Assembly (NCBI GenBank): GCA_964057225.1
Contig: OZ059899.1
Span: 9,486,001 to 9,550,000 of the forward strand
DNA from: Auanema rhodensis
Taxonomy: Eukaryota; Animalia; Nematoda
Reading direction: 5' to 3'
DNA: 64,000 bases
A program made the translations under genes and the position numbers. The stretch's first letter is position 1. Every line of letters starts with the position of its first letter. This document shows, piece by piece, positions 1 through 12,882 of this stretch. Below the pieces are notes generated by a model. The model saw only the letters and a list, made by a program, of their open reading frames with translations. It had not been told where the DNA came from and ran no database searches.

Positions 1-566
1 AGGAGAGGAACAACGTTTCCAGGATGTCAAGGATATCGAATCTAGTGATATTGTAGAAAAATGTAATGTCAGCTCCATAGGTTTTCCCCTAATTTCTCTC
101 ATCACAATTGTCTTAGTTTTTTTCTCATAAGAGTTTCTGAAATCTTAGGTGAACAAGGCCGTATAAAATTTCCTGTAATTCGAAAGCATTTGGGATGGAA
201 TTTAGAAAGAAAAGAACTAGTTTTTCCTACTTTAAAACAAACAATAAGAAATAAAATGAAAAAGATTGTTAGATATCCAATTTAAACTTATACATTTATT
301 TCGATGAAGAGCCTGTTAGTTTGAAATTTTATGTCTTACAGTTCTCCAACAGAACAGACTGATCCTGATTTTTCTACGATTACATAAAACTCTCGTTTGA
401 TATAAAAAAAGGAGAGGAACAACGTTTCCAGGATGTCAAGGATATCGAATCTAGTGATATTGTAGAGAAATGTAATGTCAGCTCCATAGGTTTTCTCTTA
501 ATTTCTCTCATCACAATTGTCTTAGTTTTTTTTCTCATAAGAGTTTCTGAAATCTTTGTTGAACAA

Positions 567-639
567 GGTCGCGTGGCGCAATGGATAACGCGTCTGCCTA
601 CGGAGCAGAAGATTGTAGGTTCGAATCCTGCCGTGGTCG
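567..639 (+). tRNA. tRNA-Arg(ACG), C3T variant
   Basis: 73-nt cloverleaf: acceptor GGTCGCG/CGTGGTC, D arm GCGC-AATGGATA-ACGC, anticodon arm TCTGC-CT[ACG]GA-GCAGA, T arm GTAGG-TTCGAAT-CCTGC. No intron, no encoded CCA, T7 run follows. Confidence 0.9.
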
Positions 640-643
640 TAAA

Positions 644-650
644 TTTTTTT
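644..650 (+). terminator. Pol III terminator (T7); representative, present after every tRNA copy
   Basis: GGTCG-TAAA-TTTTTTT, 4 nt after the discriminator base. Confidence 0.85.
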
Positions 651-1177
651 CATTTCACTTGTCATTCATAAAAATCGAATTTATTTTTTTCAATGATTTT
701 TTTTTGCAATGTGTCATAAGAATTACACAGTTGAACAAAACGTTTTTTAAGAATTTTCTTTGTTGTCAACATATATATTTTCCTGGAATTCGAAAGCATT
801 TGGGATGGAAATTAGAAAGAAAAGAACTAGTTTTTCCTACTTCAAAACAAACAATAAGAAATAAAATGAAAAAGATTGTTAGATATCCAATTTAAACTTA
901 TACATTTACTTCGATAAAGAGCCTATTAGATTGAAATTTTATGTCTTACAGTTCTCCAACAGAACAGACTGATCCTGATTTCCCTATGATTACATAAAAC
1001 TCCCGTTTGATATAAAAAAAGGAGAGGAATAACGTTTCCAGGATGTCAAGGATATCGAATCTAGTGATATTGTAGAGAAATGTAATGTCAGCTCCATAGG
1101 TTTTCTCTTAATTTCTCTCATTACAATTGTCTTAGTTTTTTTTTCTCATAAGAGTTTCTGAAATCTTAGTTGAACAA

Positions 1178-1250
1178 GGCCGCGTGGCGCAATGCATAAC
1201 GCGTCTGCCTACGGAGCAGAAGATTGTAGGTTCGAATCCTGCCGTGGTCG
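1178..1250 (+). tRNA. tRNA-Arg(ACG), D-loop GG>GC variant (possibly impaired)
   Basis: AATGCATA instead of AATGGATA; otherwise consensus. Confidence 0.75.
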
Positions 1251-2197
1251 TAAATTTTTTTCATTTCACTTGTCATTCATAAAAATCGAAATTATTTTTT
1301 TCAATGATTTTTTTTTGCAATGTGTCATAAGAATTACACAGTTGAACAAAACGTTTTTTAAGAATTTTCTTTGTTGTCAACATATATATTTTCCTGAAAT
1401 TCGAAAGCATTTGGGATGGAAATTAGAAAGAAAAGAACTAGTTTTTCCTAATTTAAAACAAACAATAAGAAATAAAATGAAAAAGATTGTTAGATATCCA
1501 ATTTAAACTTATACATTTACTTCGATAAAGAGCCTATTAGATTGAAATTTTATGTCTTACAGTTTTCCAACAGAACAGACTGATCCTGATTTCTCTATGA
1601 TTACATAAAACTCCCGTTTGATATAAAAAAAGGAGAGGAATAACGTTTCCAGGATGTCAAGGATATCGAATCTAGTGATATTGTAGAAAAATGTAATGTC
1701 AGCTCCATAGGTTTTCTCCTAATTTCTCTCATCACAATTGTCTTAGTTTTTTTCTCATAAGAGTTTCTGAAATCTTAGGTGAACAAGGCCGTATAAAATT
1801 TCCTGTAATTCGAAAGCATTTGGGATGGAATTTAGAAAGAAAAGAACTAGTTTTTCCTACTTTAAAACAAACAATAAGAAATAAAATGAAAAAGATTGTT
1901 AGATATCCAATTTAAACTTATACATTTACTTCGATGAAGAGCCTGTTAGTTTGAAATTTTATGTCTTACAGTTCTCCAACAGAACAGACTGATCCTGATT
2001 TTTCTACGATTACATAAAACTCTCGTTTGATATAAAAAAAGGAGAGGAATAACGTTTCCAGGATGTCAAGGATATCGAATCTAGTGATATTGTAGAAAAA
2101 TGTAATGTCAGCTCCATAGGTTTTCTCCTAATTTCTCTCATCACAATTGTCTTAGTTTTTTTTTCTCATAAGAGTTTCTGAAATCTTAGTTGAACAA

Positions 2198-2270
2198 GGC
2201 CGCGTGGCGCAATGGATAACGCGTCTGCCTACGGAGCAGAAGATTGTAGGTTCGAATCCTGCCGTGGTCG
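2198..2270 (+). tRNA. tRNA-Arg(ACG), consensus
   Basis: GGCCGCGTGGCGCAATGGATAACGCGTCTGCCTACGGAGCAGAAGATTGTAGGTTCGAATCCTGCCGTGGTCG, with intact A and B boxes. Confidence 0.95.
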
Positions 2271-3217
2271 TAAATTTTTTTCATTTCACTTGTCATTCAT
2301 AAAAATCGAATTTATTTTTTTCAATGATTTTTTTTTGCAATGTGTCATAAGAATTACACAGTTGAACAAAACGTTTTTTAAGAAGTTTTTTTGTTGTCAA
2401 CATATATATTTTGCTGGAATTCAAAAGCATTTGGGATGGAAATTAGAAAGAAAAGAACTAGTTTTTCCTACTTTAAAACAAACAATAAAAAATAAAATGG
2501 AAAAGATTGTTAGATATCCAATTTAAACTTATACATTTACTTTGATAAAGAGCCTATTAGATTGAAATTTTATGTCTTACAGTTCTCCAACAGAACAGAC
2601 TGATCCTGATTTTTCTACGATTACATAAAACTCTCGTTTGATATAAAAAAAGGAGAGGAACAACGTTTCCAGGATGTCAAGGATATCGAATCTAGTGATA
2701 TTGTAGAAAAATGTAATGTCAGCTCCATAGGTTTTCTCCTAATTTCTCTCATCACAATTGTCTTAGTTTTTTTTCTTATAAGAGTTTCAGAAATCTTAGT
2801 TGAACAAGGCCGTATAAAATTTCCTGTAATTCGAAAGCATTTGGGATGGAATTTAGAAAGAAAAGAACTAGTTTTTCCTACTTTAAAACAAACAATAAGA
2901 AATAAAATGAAAAAGATTGTTAGATATCCAATTTAAACTTATACATTTACTTCGATAAAAAGCCTATTAGTTTGAAATTTTATGTCTTACAGTTCTCCAA
3001 CAGAACAGACTGATCCTGATTTTTCTACGATTACATAAAACTCTCGTTTGATATAAAAAAAAGAGAGGAATAACGTTTCCAGGATGTCAAGGATATCGAA
3101 TCTAGTGATATTGTAGAAAAATGTAATGTCAGCTCCATAGGTTTTCTCCTAATTTCTCTCATCACAATTGTCTTAGTTTTTTTTCTCATAAGAGTTTCTG
3201 AAAATTTAGTTGAACAA

Positions 3218-3290
3218 GGCCGCGTGGCGCAATGGATAACGCGTCTGCCTACGGAGCAGAAGATTGTAGGTTCGAATCCTGCCGTGGTCG
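3218..3290 (+). tRNA. tRNA-Arg(ACG), consensus
   Basis: Matches the consensus copy. Confidence 0.95.
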
Positions 3291-4237
3291 TAAATTTTTT
3301 TCATTTCACTTGTCATTCATAAAAATCGAATTTATTTTTTTCAATGATTTTTTTTTGCAATGTGTCATAAGAATTACACAGTTGAACAAAACGTTTTTTA
3401 AGAATTTTCTTTGTTGTCAACATATATATTTTCCTGAAATTCGAAAGCATTTGGGATGGAAATTAGAAAGAAAAGAACTAGTTTTTCCTAATTTAAAAGA
3501 AACAATAAGAAATAAAATGAAAAAGATTGTTAGATATCCAATTTAAACTTATACATTTACTTCGATAAAGAGCCTATTAGATTGAAATTTTATGTCTTAC
3601 AGTTCTCCAACAGAACAGACTGATCCTGATTTTTCTACGATTACATAAAACTCTCGTTTGATATAAAAAAAGGAGAGGAACAACGTTTCCAGGATGTCAA
3701 GGATATCGAATCTAGTGATATTGTAGAAAAATGTAATGTCAGCTCCATAGGTTTTCTCCTAATTTCTCTCATCACAATTGTCTTAGTTTTTTTCTCATAA
3801 GAGTTTCTGAAATCTTAGGTGAACAAGGCCGTATAAAATTTCCTGTAATTCGAAAGCATTTGGGATGGAATTTAGAAAGAAAAGAACTAGTTTTTCCTAC
3901 TTTAAAACAAACAATAAGAAATAAAATGAAAAAGATTGTTAGATATCCAATTTAAACTTACACATTTACTTCGATAAAAAGCCTATTAGTTTGAAATTTT
4001 ATGTCTTACAGTTCTCCAACAGAACAGACTGATCCTGATTTTTCTACGATTACATAAAACTCTCGTTTGATATAAAAAAAGGAGAGGAATAACGTTTCCA
4101 GGATGTCAAGGATATCGAATCTAGTGATATTGTAGAAAAATGTAATGTCAGCTCCATAGGTTTTCTCCTAATTTCTCTCATCACAATTGTCTTAGTTTTT
4201 TTTTCTCATAAGAGTTTCTGAAATCTTAGTTGAACAA

Positions 4238-4310
4238 GGCCGCGTGGCGCAATGCATAACGCGTCTGCCTACGGAGCGGAAGATTGTAGGTTCGAATCCT
4301 GCCGTGGTCG
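4238..4310 (+). tRNA. tRNA-Arg(ACG), D-loop GG>GC plus A41G
   Basis: AATGCATA, and GCGGA in the anticodon stem. Confidence 0.7.
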
Positions 4311-4846
4311 TAAATTTTTTTCATTTCACTTGTCATTCATAAAAATCGAATTTATTTTTTTCAATGATTTTTTTTTGCAATGTGTCATAAGAATTACACA
4401 GTTGAACAAAACGTTTTTTAAGAATTTTCTTTGTTGTCAACATATATATTTTCCTGGAATTCGAAAGCATTTGGGATGGAAATTAGAAAGAAAAGAACTA
4501 GTTTTTCCTAATTTAAAACAAACAATAAGAAATAAAATGAAAAAGATTGTTAGATATCCAATTTAAACTTATACATTTACTTCGATAAAGAGCCTATTAG
4601 ATTGAAATTTTATGTCTTACAGTTCTCCAACAAAACAGACTGATCCTGATTTTTCTACGATTACATAAAACTCTCGTTTGATATAAAAAAAGGAGAGGAA
4701 CAACGTTTCCAGGATGTCAAGGATATCGAATCTAGTGATATTGTAGAAAAATGTAATGTCAGCTCCATAGGTTTTCCCCTAATTTCTCTCATCACAATTG
4801 TCTTAGTTTTTTTCTCATAAGAGTTTCTGAAATCTTAGGTGAACAA

Positions 4847-5255
4847 GGCCGTATAAAATTTCCTGTAATTCGAAAGCATTTGGAATGGAATTTAGAAAGA
4901 AAAGAACTAGTTTTTCCTACTTTAAAACAAACAATAAGAAATAAAATGAAAAAGATTGTTAGATATCCAATTTAAACTTATACATTTACTTCGATGAAGA
5001 GCCTGTTAGTTTGAAATTTTATGTCTTACAGTTCTCCAACAGAACACACTGATCCTGATTTTTCTACGATTACATAAAACTCTCGTTTGATATAAAAAAA
5101 GGAGAGGAATAACGTTTCCAGGATGTCAAGGATATCGAATCTAGTCATATTGTAGAAAAATGTAATGTCAGCTCCATAGGTTTTCCCCTAATTTCTCTCA
5201 TCACAATTGTCTTAGTTTTTTTCTCATAAGAGTTTCTGAAATCTTAGGTGAACAA
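4847..5255 (+). repeat. Representative tRNA-less 'B' unit (409 bp)
   Basis: AACAA-GGCCG joined directly to TATAAAATTTCCTGT; the next B units start at 5256 and 5665. Confidence 0.92.
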
Positions 5256-6075
5256 GGCCGTATAAAATTTCCTGTAATTCGAAAGCATTTGGGATGGAAT
5301 TTAGAAAGAAAAGAACTAGTTTTTCCTACTTTAAAACAAACAATAAGAAATAAAATGAAAAAGATTGTTAGATATCCAATTTAAACTTATACATTTACTT
5401 CGATAAAGAGCCTATTAGATTGAAATTTTATGTCTTACAGTTCTCCAACAGAACAGACTGATCCTGATTTTTCTACGATTACATAAAACTCTCGTTTGAT
5501 ATAAAAAAAGGAGAGGAACAAGGTTTCCAGGATGTCAAGGATATCGAATCTAGTGATATTGTAGAAAAATGTAATGTCAGCTCCATAGGTTTTCTCCTAA
5601 TTTCTCTCATCACAATTGTCTTAGTTTTTTTCTCATAAGAGTTTCTGAAATCTTAGGTGAACAAGGCCGTATAAAATTTCCTGTAATTCGAAAGCATTTG
5701 GGATGGAATTTAGAAAGAAAAGAACTAGTTTTTCCTACTTTAAAACAAACAATAAGAAATAAAATGAAAAAGATTGTTAGATATCCAATTTAAACTTATA
5801 CATTTACTTCGATGAAGAGCCTGTTAGTTTGAAAATTTATGTCTTACAGTTCTCCAACAGAACACACTGATCCTGATTTTTCTACGATTACATAAAACTC
5901 TCGTTTGATATAAAAAAAGGAGAGGAATAACGTTTCCAGGATGTCAAGGATATCGAATCTAGTGATATTGTAGAAAAATGTAATGTCAGCTCCATAGGTT
6001 TTCTCCTAATTTCTCTCATCACAATTGTCTTAGTTTTTTTTTCTCATAAGAGTTTCTGAAATCTTAGTTGAACAA

Positions 6076-6148
6076 GGCCGCGTGGCGCAATGGATAACGC
6101 GTCTGCCTACGGAGCAGAAGATTGTAGGTTCAAATCCTGCCGTGGTCG
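6076..6148 (+). tRNA. tRNA-Arg(ACG), G57A
   Basis: T loop TTCAAAT, still fits the B box GTTCRA. Confidence 0.9.
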
Positions 6149-7503
6149 TAAATTTTTTTCATTTCACTTGTCATTCATAAAAATCGAATTTATTTTTTTC
6201 AATGATTTTTTTTTGCAATGTGTCATAAGAATTACACAGTTGAACAAAACGTTTTTTAAGAATTTTCTTTGTTGTCAACATATATATTTTCCTGGAATTC
6301 GAAAGCATTTGGGATGGAAATTAGAAAGAAAAGAACTAGTTTTTCCTACTTTAAAACAAACAATAAGAAATAAAATGAAAAAGATTGTTAGATATCCAAT
6401 TTAAACTTATACATTTACTTCGATAAAGAGCCTATTAGTTTGAAATTTTATGTCTTACAGTTCTCCAACAGAACAGACTGATCCTGATTTCTCTATGATT
6501 ACATAAAACTCCCGTTTGATATAAAAAAAGGAGAGGAATAACGTTTCCAGGATGTCAAGGATATCGAATCTAGTGATATTGTAGAGAAATGTAATGTCAG
6601 CTCCATAGGTTTTCTCTTAATTTCTCTCATCACAATTGTCTTAGTTTTTTTCTCATAAGAGTTTCTGAAATCTTAGGTGAACAAGGCCGTATATATTTTC
6701 CTGGAATTCGAAAGCATTTGGGATGGAAATTAGAAAGAAAAGAACTAGTTTTTCCTACTTTAAAACAAACAATAAGAAATAAAATGAAAAAAATTGTTAG
6801 ATATCCAATTTAAACTTATACATTTACTTCGATAAAGAGCCTATTAGATTGAAATTTTATGTCTTACAGTTCTCCAACAGAACAGACTGATCCTGATTTT
6901 TCTACGATTACATAAAACTCTCGTTTGATATAAAAAAAGGAGAGGAACAACGTTTCCAGGATGTCAAGGATATCGAATCTAGTGATATTGTAGAAAAATG
7001 TAATGTCAGCTCCATAGGTTTTCCCCTAATTTCTCTCATCACAATTGTCTTAGTTTTTTTCTCATAAGAGTTTCTGAAATCTTAGGTGAACAAGGCCGTA
7101 TAAAATTTCCTGTAATTCGAAAGCATTTGGGATGGAATTTAGAAAGAAAAGAACTAGTTTTTCCTACTTTAAAACAAACAATAAGAAATAAAATGAAAAA
7201 GATTGTTAGATATCCAATTTAAACTTATACATTTATTTCGATGAAGAGCCTGTTAGTTTGAAATTTTATGTCTTACAGTTCTCCAACAGAACACACTGAT
7301 CCTGATTTTTCTACGATTACATAAAACTCTCGTTTGATATAAAAAAAGGAGAGGAATAACGTTTCCAGGATGTCAAGGATATCGAATCTAGTGATATTGT
7401 AGAGAAATGTAATGTCAGCTCCATAGGTTTTCTCTTAATTTCTCTCATCACAATTGTCTTAGTTTTTTTTCTCATAAGAGTTTCTGAAATCTTTGTTGAA
7501 CAA

Positions 7504-7576
7504 GGTCGCGTGACGCAATGGATAACGCGTCTGCCTACGGAGCAGAAGATTGTAGGTTCGAATCCTGCCGTGGTCG
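7504..7576 (+). tRNA. tRNA-Arg(ACG), C3T+G10A (possibly impaired)
   Basis: GGTCGCGTGACGC; A box and D stem altered. Confidence 0.7.
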
Positions 7577-8523
7577 TAAATTTTTTTCATTTCACTTGTC
7601 ATTCATAAAAATCGAATTTATTTTTTTCAATGATTTTTTTTTGCAATGTGTCATAAGAATTACACAGTTGAACAAAACGTTTTTTAAGAATTTTCTTTGT
7701 TGTCAACATATATATTTTCCTGGAATTCGAAAGCATTTGGGATGGAAATTAGAAAGAAAAGAACTAGTTTTTCCTACTTCAAAACAAACAATAAGAAATA
7801 AAATGAAAAAGATTGTTAGCTATCCAATTTAAACTTATACATTTACTTCGATAAAGAGCCTATTAGATTGAAATTTTATGTCTTACAGTTCTCCAACAGA
7901 ACAGACTGATCCTGATTTCCCTATGATTACATAAAACTCCCGTTTGATATAAAAAAAGGAGAGGAATAACGTTTCCAGGATGTCAAGGATATCGAATCTA
8001 GTGATATTGTAGAGAAAAGTAATGTCAGCTCCATAGGTTTTCTCTTAATTTCTCTCATCACAATTGTCTTAGTTTTTTTCTCATAAGAGTTTCTGAAATC
8101 TTAGGTGAACAAGGTCGTATATAATTTCCTGTAATTCGAAAGCATTTGGGATGGAATTTATAAAGAAAAGAACTAGTTTTTTCTACTTTAAAACAAACAA
8201 TAAGAAATAAAATGAAAAAGATTGTTAGATATCCAATTTAAACTTATACATTTACTTCGATGAAGAGCCTGTTAGTTTGAAAATTTATGTCTTACAGTTC
8301 TCCAACAGAACACACTGATCCTGATTTTTCTACGATTACATAAAACTCTCGTTTGATATAAAAAAAGGAGAGGAATAACGTTTCCAGGATGTCAAGGATA
8401 TCGAATCTAGTGATATTGTAGAAAAATGTAATGTCAGCTCCATAGGTTTTCTCCTAATTTCTCTCATCACAATTGTCTTAGTTTTTTTTTCTCATAAGAG
8501 TTTCTGAAATCTTAGTTGAACAA

Positions 8524-8596
8524 GGCCGCGTGGCGCAATGGATAACGCGTCTGCCTACGGAGCAGAAGATTGTAGGTTCGAATCCTGCCGTGGTCG
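8524..8596 (+). tRNA. tRNA-Arg(ACG), consensus
   Basis: Matches consensus. Confidence 0.95.
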
Positions 8597-9952
8597 TAAA
8601 TTTTTTTCATTTCACTTGTCATTCATAAAAATCGAATTTATTTTTTTCAATGATTTTTTTTTGCAATGTGTCATAAGAATTACACAGTTGAACAAAACGT
8701 TTTTTAAGAATTTTCTTTGTTGTCAACATATATATTTTCCTGGAATTCGAAAGCATTTGGGATGGAAATTAGAAAGAAAAGAACTAGTTTTTCCTACTTT
8801 AAAACAAACAATAAGAAATAAAATGAAAAAGATTGTTAGATATCCAATTTAAACTTATACATTTACTTCGATAAAGAGCCTATTAGATTGAAATTTTATG
8901 TCTTACAGTTCTCCAACAGAACAGACTGATTCTGATTTCTCTATGATTACATAAAACTCCCGTTTGATTAAAAAAAGGAGAGGAATAACGTTTCCAGGAT
9001 GTCAAGGATATCGAATCTAGTGATATTGTAGAGAAATGTAATGTCAGCTCCATAGGTTTTCTCTTAATTTCTCTCATCACAATTGTCTTTGTTTTTTTTT
9101 CTCATAAGAGTTTCTGAAATCTTAGGTGAACAAGGCCGTATATATTTTCCTGGAATTCGAAAGCATTTGGGATGGAAATTAGAAAGAAAAGAACTAGTTT
9201 TTCCTACTTTAAAACAAACAATAAGAAATAAAATGAAAAAAATTGTTAGATATCCAATTTAAACTTATACATTTACTTCGATAAAGAGCCTATTAGATTG
9301 AAATTTTATGTCTTACAGTTCTCCAACAGAACAGACTGATCCTGATTTTTCTACGATTACATAAAACTCTCGTTTGATATAAAAAAAGGAGAGGAACAAC
9401 GTTTCCAGGATGTCAAGGATATCGAATCTAGTGATATTGTAGAAAAATGTAATGTCAGCTCCATAGGTTTTCCCCTAATTTCTCTCATCACAATTGTCTT
9501 AGTTTTTTTCTCATAAGAGTTTCTGAAATCTTAGGTGAACAAGGCCGTATAAAATTTCCTGTAATTCGAAAGCATTTGGGATGGAATTTAGAAAGAAAAG
9601 AACTAGTTTTTCCTACTTTAAAACAAACAATAAGAAATAAAATGAAAAAGATTGTTAGATATCCAATTTAAACTTATACATTTATTTCGATGAAGAGCCT
9701 GTTAGTTTGAAATTTTATGTCTTACAGTTCTCCAACAGAACACACTGATCCTGATTTTTCTACGATTACATAAAACTCTCGTTTGATATAAAAAAAGGAG
9801 AGGAATAACGTTTCCAGGATGTCAAGGATATCGAATCTAGTGATATTGTAGAGAAATGTAATGTCAGCTCCATAGGTTTTCTCTTAATTTCTCTCATCAC
9901 AATTGTCTTAGTTTTTTTTCTCATAAGAGTTTCTGAAATCTTTGTTGAACAA

Positions 9953-10025
9953 GGTCGCGTGACGCAATGGATAACGCGTCTGCCTACGGAGCAGAAGATT
10001 GTAGGTTCGAATCCTGCCGTGGTCG
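9953..10025 (+). tRNA. tRNA-Arg(ACG), C3T+G10A (possibly impaired)
   Basis: GGTCGCGTGACGC. Confidence 0.7.
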
Positions 10026-11381
10026 TAAATTTTTTTCATTTCACTTGTCATTCATAAAAATCGAATTTATTTTTTTCAATGATTTTTTTTTGCAATGTGT
10101 CATAAGAATTACACAGTTGAACAAAACGTTTTTTAAGAATTTTCTTTGTTGTCAACATATATATTTTCCTGGAATTCGAAAGCATTTCGGATGGAAATTA
10201 GAAAGAAAAGAACTAGTTTTTCCTACTTCAAAACAAACAATAAGAAATAAAATGAAAAAGATTGTTAGATATCCAATTTAAACTTATACATTTACTTCGA
10301 TAAAGAGCCTATTAGATTGAAATTTTATGTCTTACAGTTCTCCAACAGAACAGACTGATCCTGATTTCCCTATGATTACATAAAACTCCCGTTTGATATA
10401 AAAAAAGGAGAGGAATAACGTTTCCAGGATGTCAAGGATATCGAATCTAGTGATATTGTAGAGAAATGTAATGTCAGCTCCATAGGTTTTCTCTTAATTT
10501 CTCTCATCACAATTGTCTTAGTTTTTTTCTCATAAGAGTTTCTGAAATCTTAGGTGAACAAGGCCGTATATAATTTCCTGTAATTCGAAAGCATTTGGGA
10601 TGGAATTTAGAAAGAAAAAAACTAGTTTTTTCTACTTTAAAACAAACAATAAGAAATAAAATGAAAAAGATTGTTAGATATCCAATTTAAACTTATACAT
10701 TTACTTCGATAAAGAGCCTATTAGTTTGAAATTTTATGTCTTACAGTTCTCCAACAGAACAGACTGATCCTGATTTCTCTATGATTACATAAAACTCCCG
10801 TTTGATATAAAAAAAGGAGAGGAATAACGTTTCCAGGATGTCAAGGATATCGAATCTAGTGATATTGTAGAGAAATGTAATGTCAGCTCCATAGGTTTTC
10901 TCTTAATTTCTCTCATCACAATTGTCTTAGTTTTTTTCTCATAAGAGTTTCTGAAATCTTAGGTGAACAAGGCCGTATATATTTTTCTGGAATTCGAAAG
11001 CATTTGGGATGGAAATTAGAAAGAAAAGAACTAGTTTTTCCTACTTTAAAACAAACAATAAGAAATAAAATGAAAAAGATTGTTAGATATCCAATTTAAA
11101 CTTATACATTTACTTCGATGAAGAGCCTGTTAGTTTGAAAATTTATGTCTTACAGTTCTCCAACAGAACACACTGATCCTGATTTTTCTACGATTAAATA
11201 AAACTCTCGTTTGATATAAAAAAAGGAGAGGAATAACGTTTCCAGGATGTCAAGGATATCGAATCTAGTGATATTGTAGAAAAATGTAATGTCAGCTCCA
11301 TAGGTTTTCTCCTAATTTCTCTCATCACAATTGTCTTAGTTTTTTTTTCTCATAAGAGTTTCTGAAATCTTAGTTGAACAA

Positions 11382-11454
11382 GGCCGCGTGGCGCAATGGA
11401 TAACGCGTCTGCCTACGGAGCAGAAGATTGTAGGTTCGAAACCTGCCGTGGTCG
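11382..11454 (+). tRNA. tRNA-Arg(ACG), T60A
   Basis: T loop TTCGAAA. Confidence 0.85.
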
Positions 11455-12809
11455 TAAATTTTTTTCATTTCACTTGTCATTCATAAAAATCGAATTTATT
11501 TTTTTCAATGATTTTTTTTTGCAATGTGTCATAAGAATTACACAGTTGAACAAAACGTTTTTTAAGAATTTTCTTTGTTGTCAACATATATATTTTCCTG
11601 GAATTCGAAAGCATTTGGGATGGAAATTAGAAAGAAAAGAACTAGTTTTTCCTACTTTAAAACAAACAATAAGAAATAAAATGAAAAAGATTGTTAGATA
11701 TCCAATTTAAACTTATACATTTACTTCGATAAAGAGCCTATTAGATTGAAATTTTATATCTTACAGTTCTCCAACAGAACAGACTGATTCTGATTTCTCT
11801 ATGATTACATAAAACTCCCGTTTGATATAAAAAAAGGAGAGGAATAACGTTTCCAGGATGTCAAGGATATCGAATCTAGTGATATTGTAGAGAAATGTAA
11901 TGTCAGCTCCATAGGTTTTCTCTTAATTTCTCTCATCACAATTGTCTTAGTTTTTTTCTCATAAGAGTTTCTGAAATCTTAGGTGAACAAGGCCGTATAT
12001 ATTTTCCTGGAATTCGAAAGCATTTGGGATGAAAATTAGAAAGAAAAGAACTAGTTTTTCCTACTTTAAAACAAACAATAAGAAATAAAATGAAAAAGAT
12101 TGTTAGATATCCAATTTAAACTTATACATTTACTTCGATAAAGAGCCTATTAAATTGAAATTTTATGTCTTACAGTTCTCCAACAGAACAGACTGATCCT
12201 GATTTTTCTACGATTACATAAAACTCTCGTTTGATATAAAAAAAGGAGAGGAACAACGTTTCCAGGATGTCAAGGATATCGAATCTAGTGATATTGTAGA
12301 AAAATGTAATGTCAGCTCCATAGGTTTTCCCCTAATTTCTCTTATCACAATTGTCTTAGTTTTTTTCTCATAAGAGTTTCTGAAATCTTAGGTGAACAAG
12401 GCCGTATAAAATTTCCTGTAATTCGAAAGCATTTGGGATGGAATTTAGAAAGAAAAGAACTAGTTTTTCCTACTTTAAAACAAACAATAAGAAATAAAAT
12501 GAAAAAGATTGTTAGATATCCAATTTAAACTTATACATTTATTTCGATGAAGAGCCTGTTAGTTTGAAATTTTATGTCTTACAGTTCTCCAACAGAACAC
12601 ACTGATCCTGATTTTTCTACGATTACATAAAACTCTCGTTTGATATAAAAAAAGGAGAGGAATAACGTTTCCAGGATGTCAAGGATATCGAATCTAGTGA
12701 TATTGTAGAGAAATGTAATGTCAGCTCCATAGGTTTTCTCTTAATTTCTCTCATCACAATTGTCTTAGTTTTTTTTCTCATAAGAGTTTCTGAAATCTTT
12801 GTTGAACAA

Positions 12810-12882
12810 GGTCGCGTGGCGCAATGGATAACGCGTCTGCCTACGGAGCAGAAGATTGTAGGTTCGAATCCTGCCGTGGTCG
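12810..12882 (+). tRNA. tRNA-Arg(ACG), C3T
   Basis: GGTCGCG start, rest consensus. Confidence 0.9.

Noticed and set aside
531-566. piRNA (21U) upstream Ruby motif in each unit
   Set aside because: Only the GTTTC core is present (GAGTTTCTG, ACGTTTCC); I found no CNGTTTCA match.
1021-1096. 76-nt GGAG...CTCCA segment in the spacer with ATCGAATC, resembling a second tRNA
   Set aside because: Only a 4-bp terminal stem, the B-box-like motif is misplaced and no cloverleaf forms. No 5S, SL1 or snRNA signature was recognised either.
3534-3800. Alternative genetic code (TAA/TAG=Gln, TGA=Trp) to explain stops in the spacer frame
   Set aside because: The 985-aa Pol and 200-aa ORF in the same window have no in-frame stops under the standard code, and C>T/G>A transitions in a pseudogene are sufficient.
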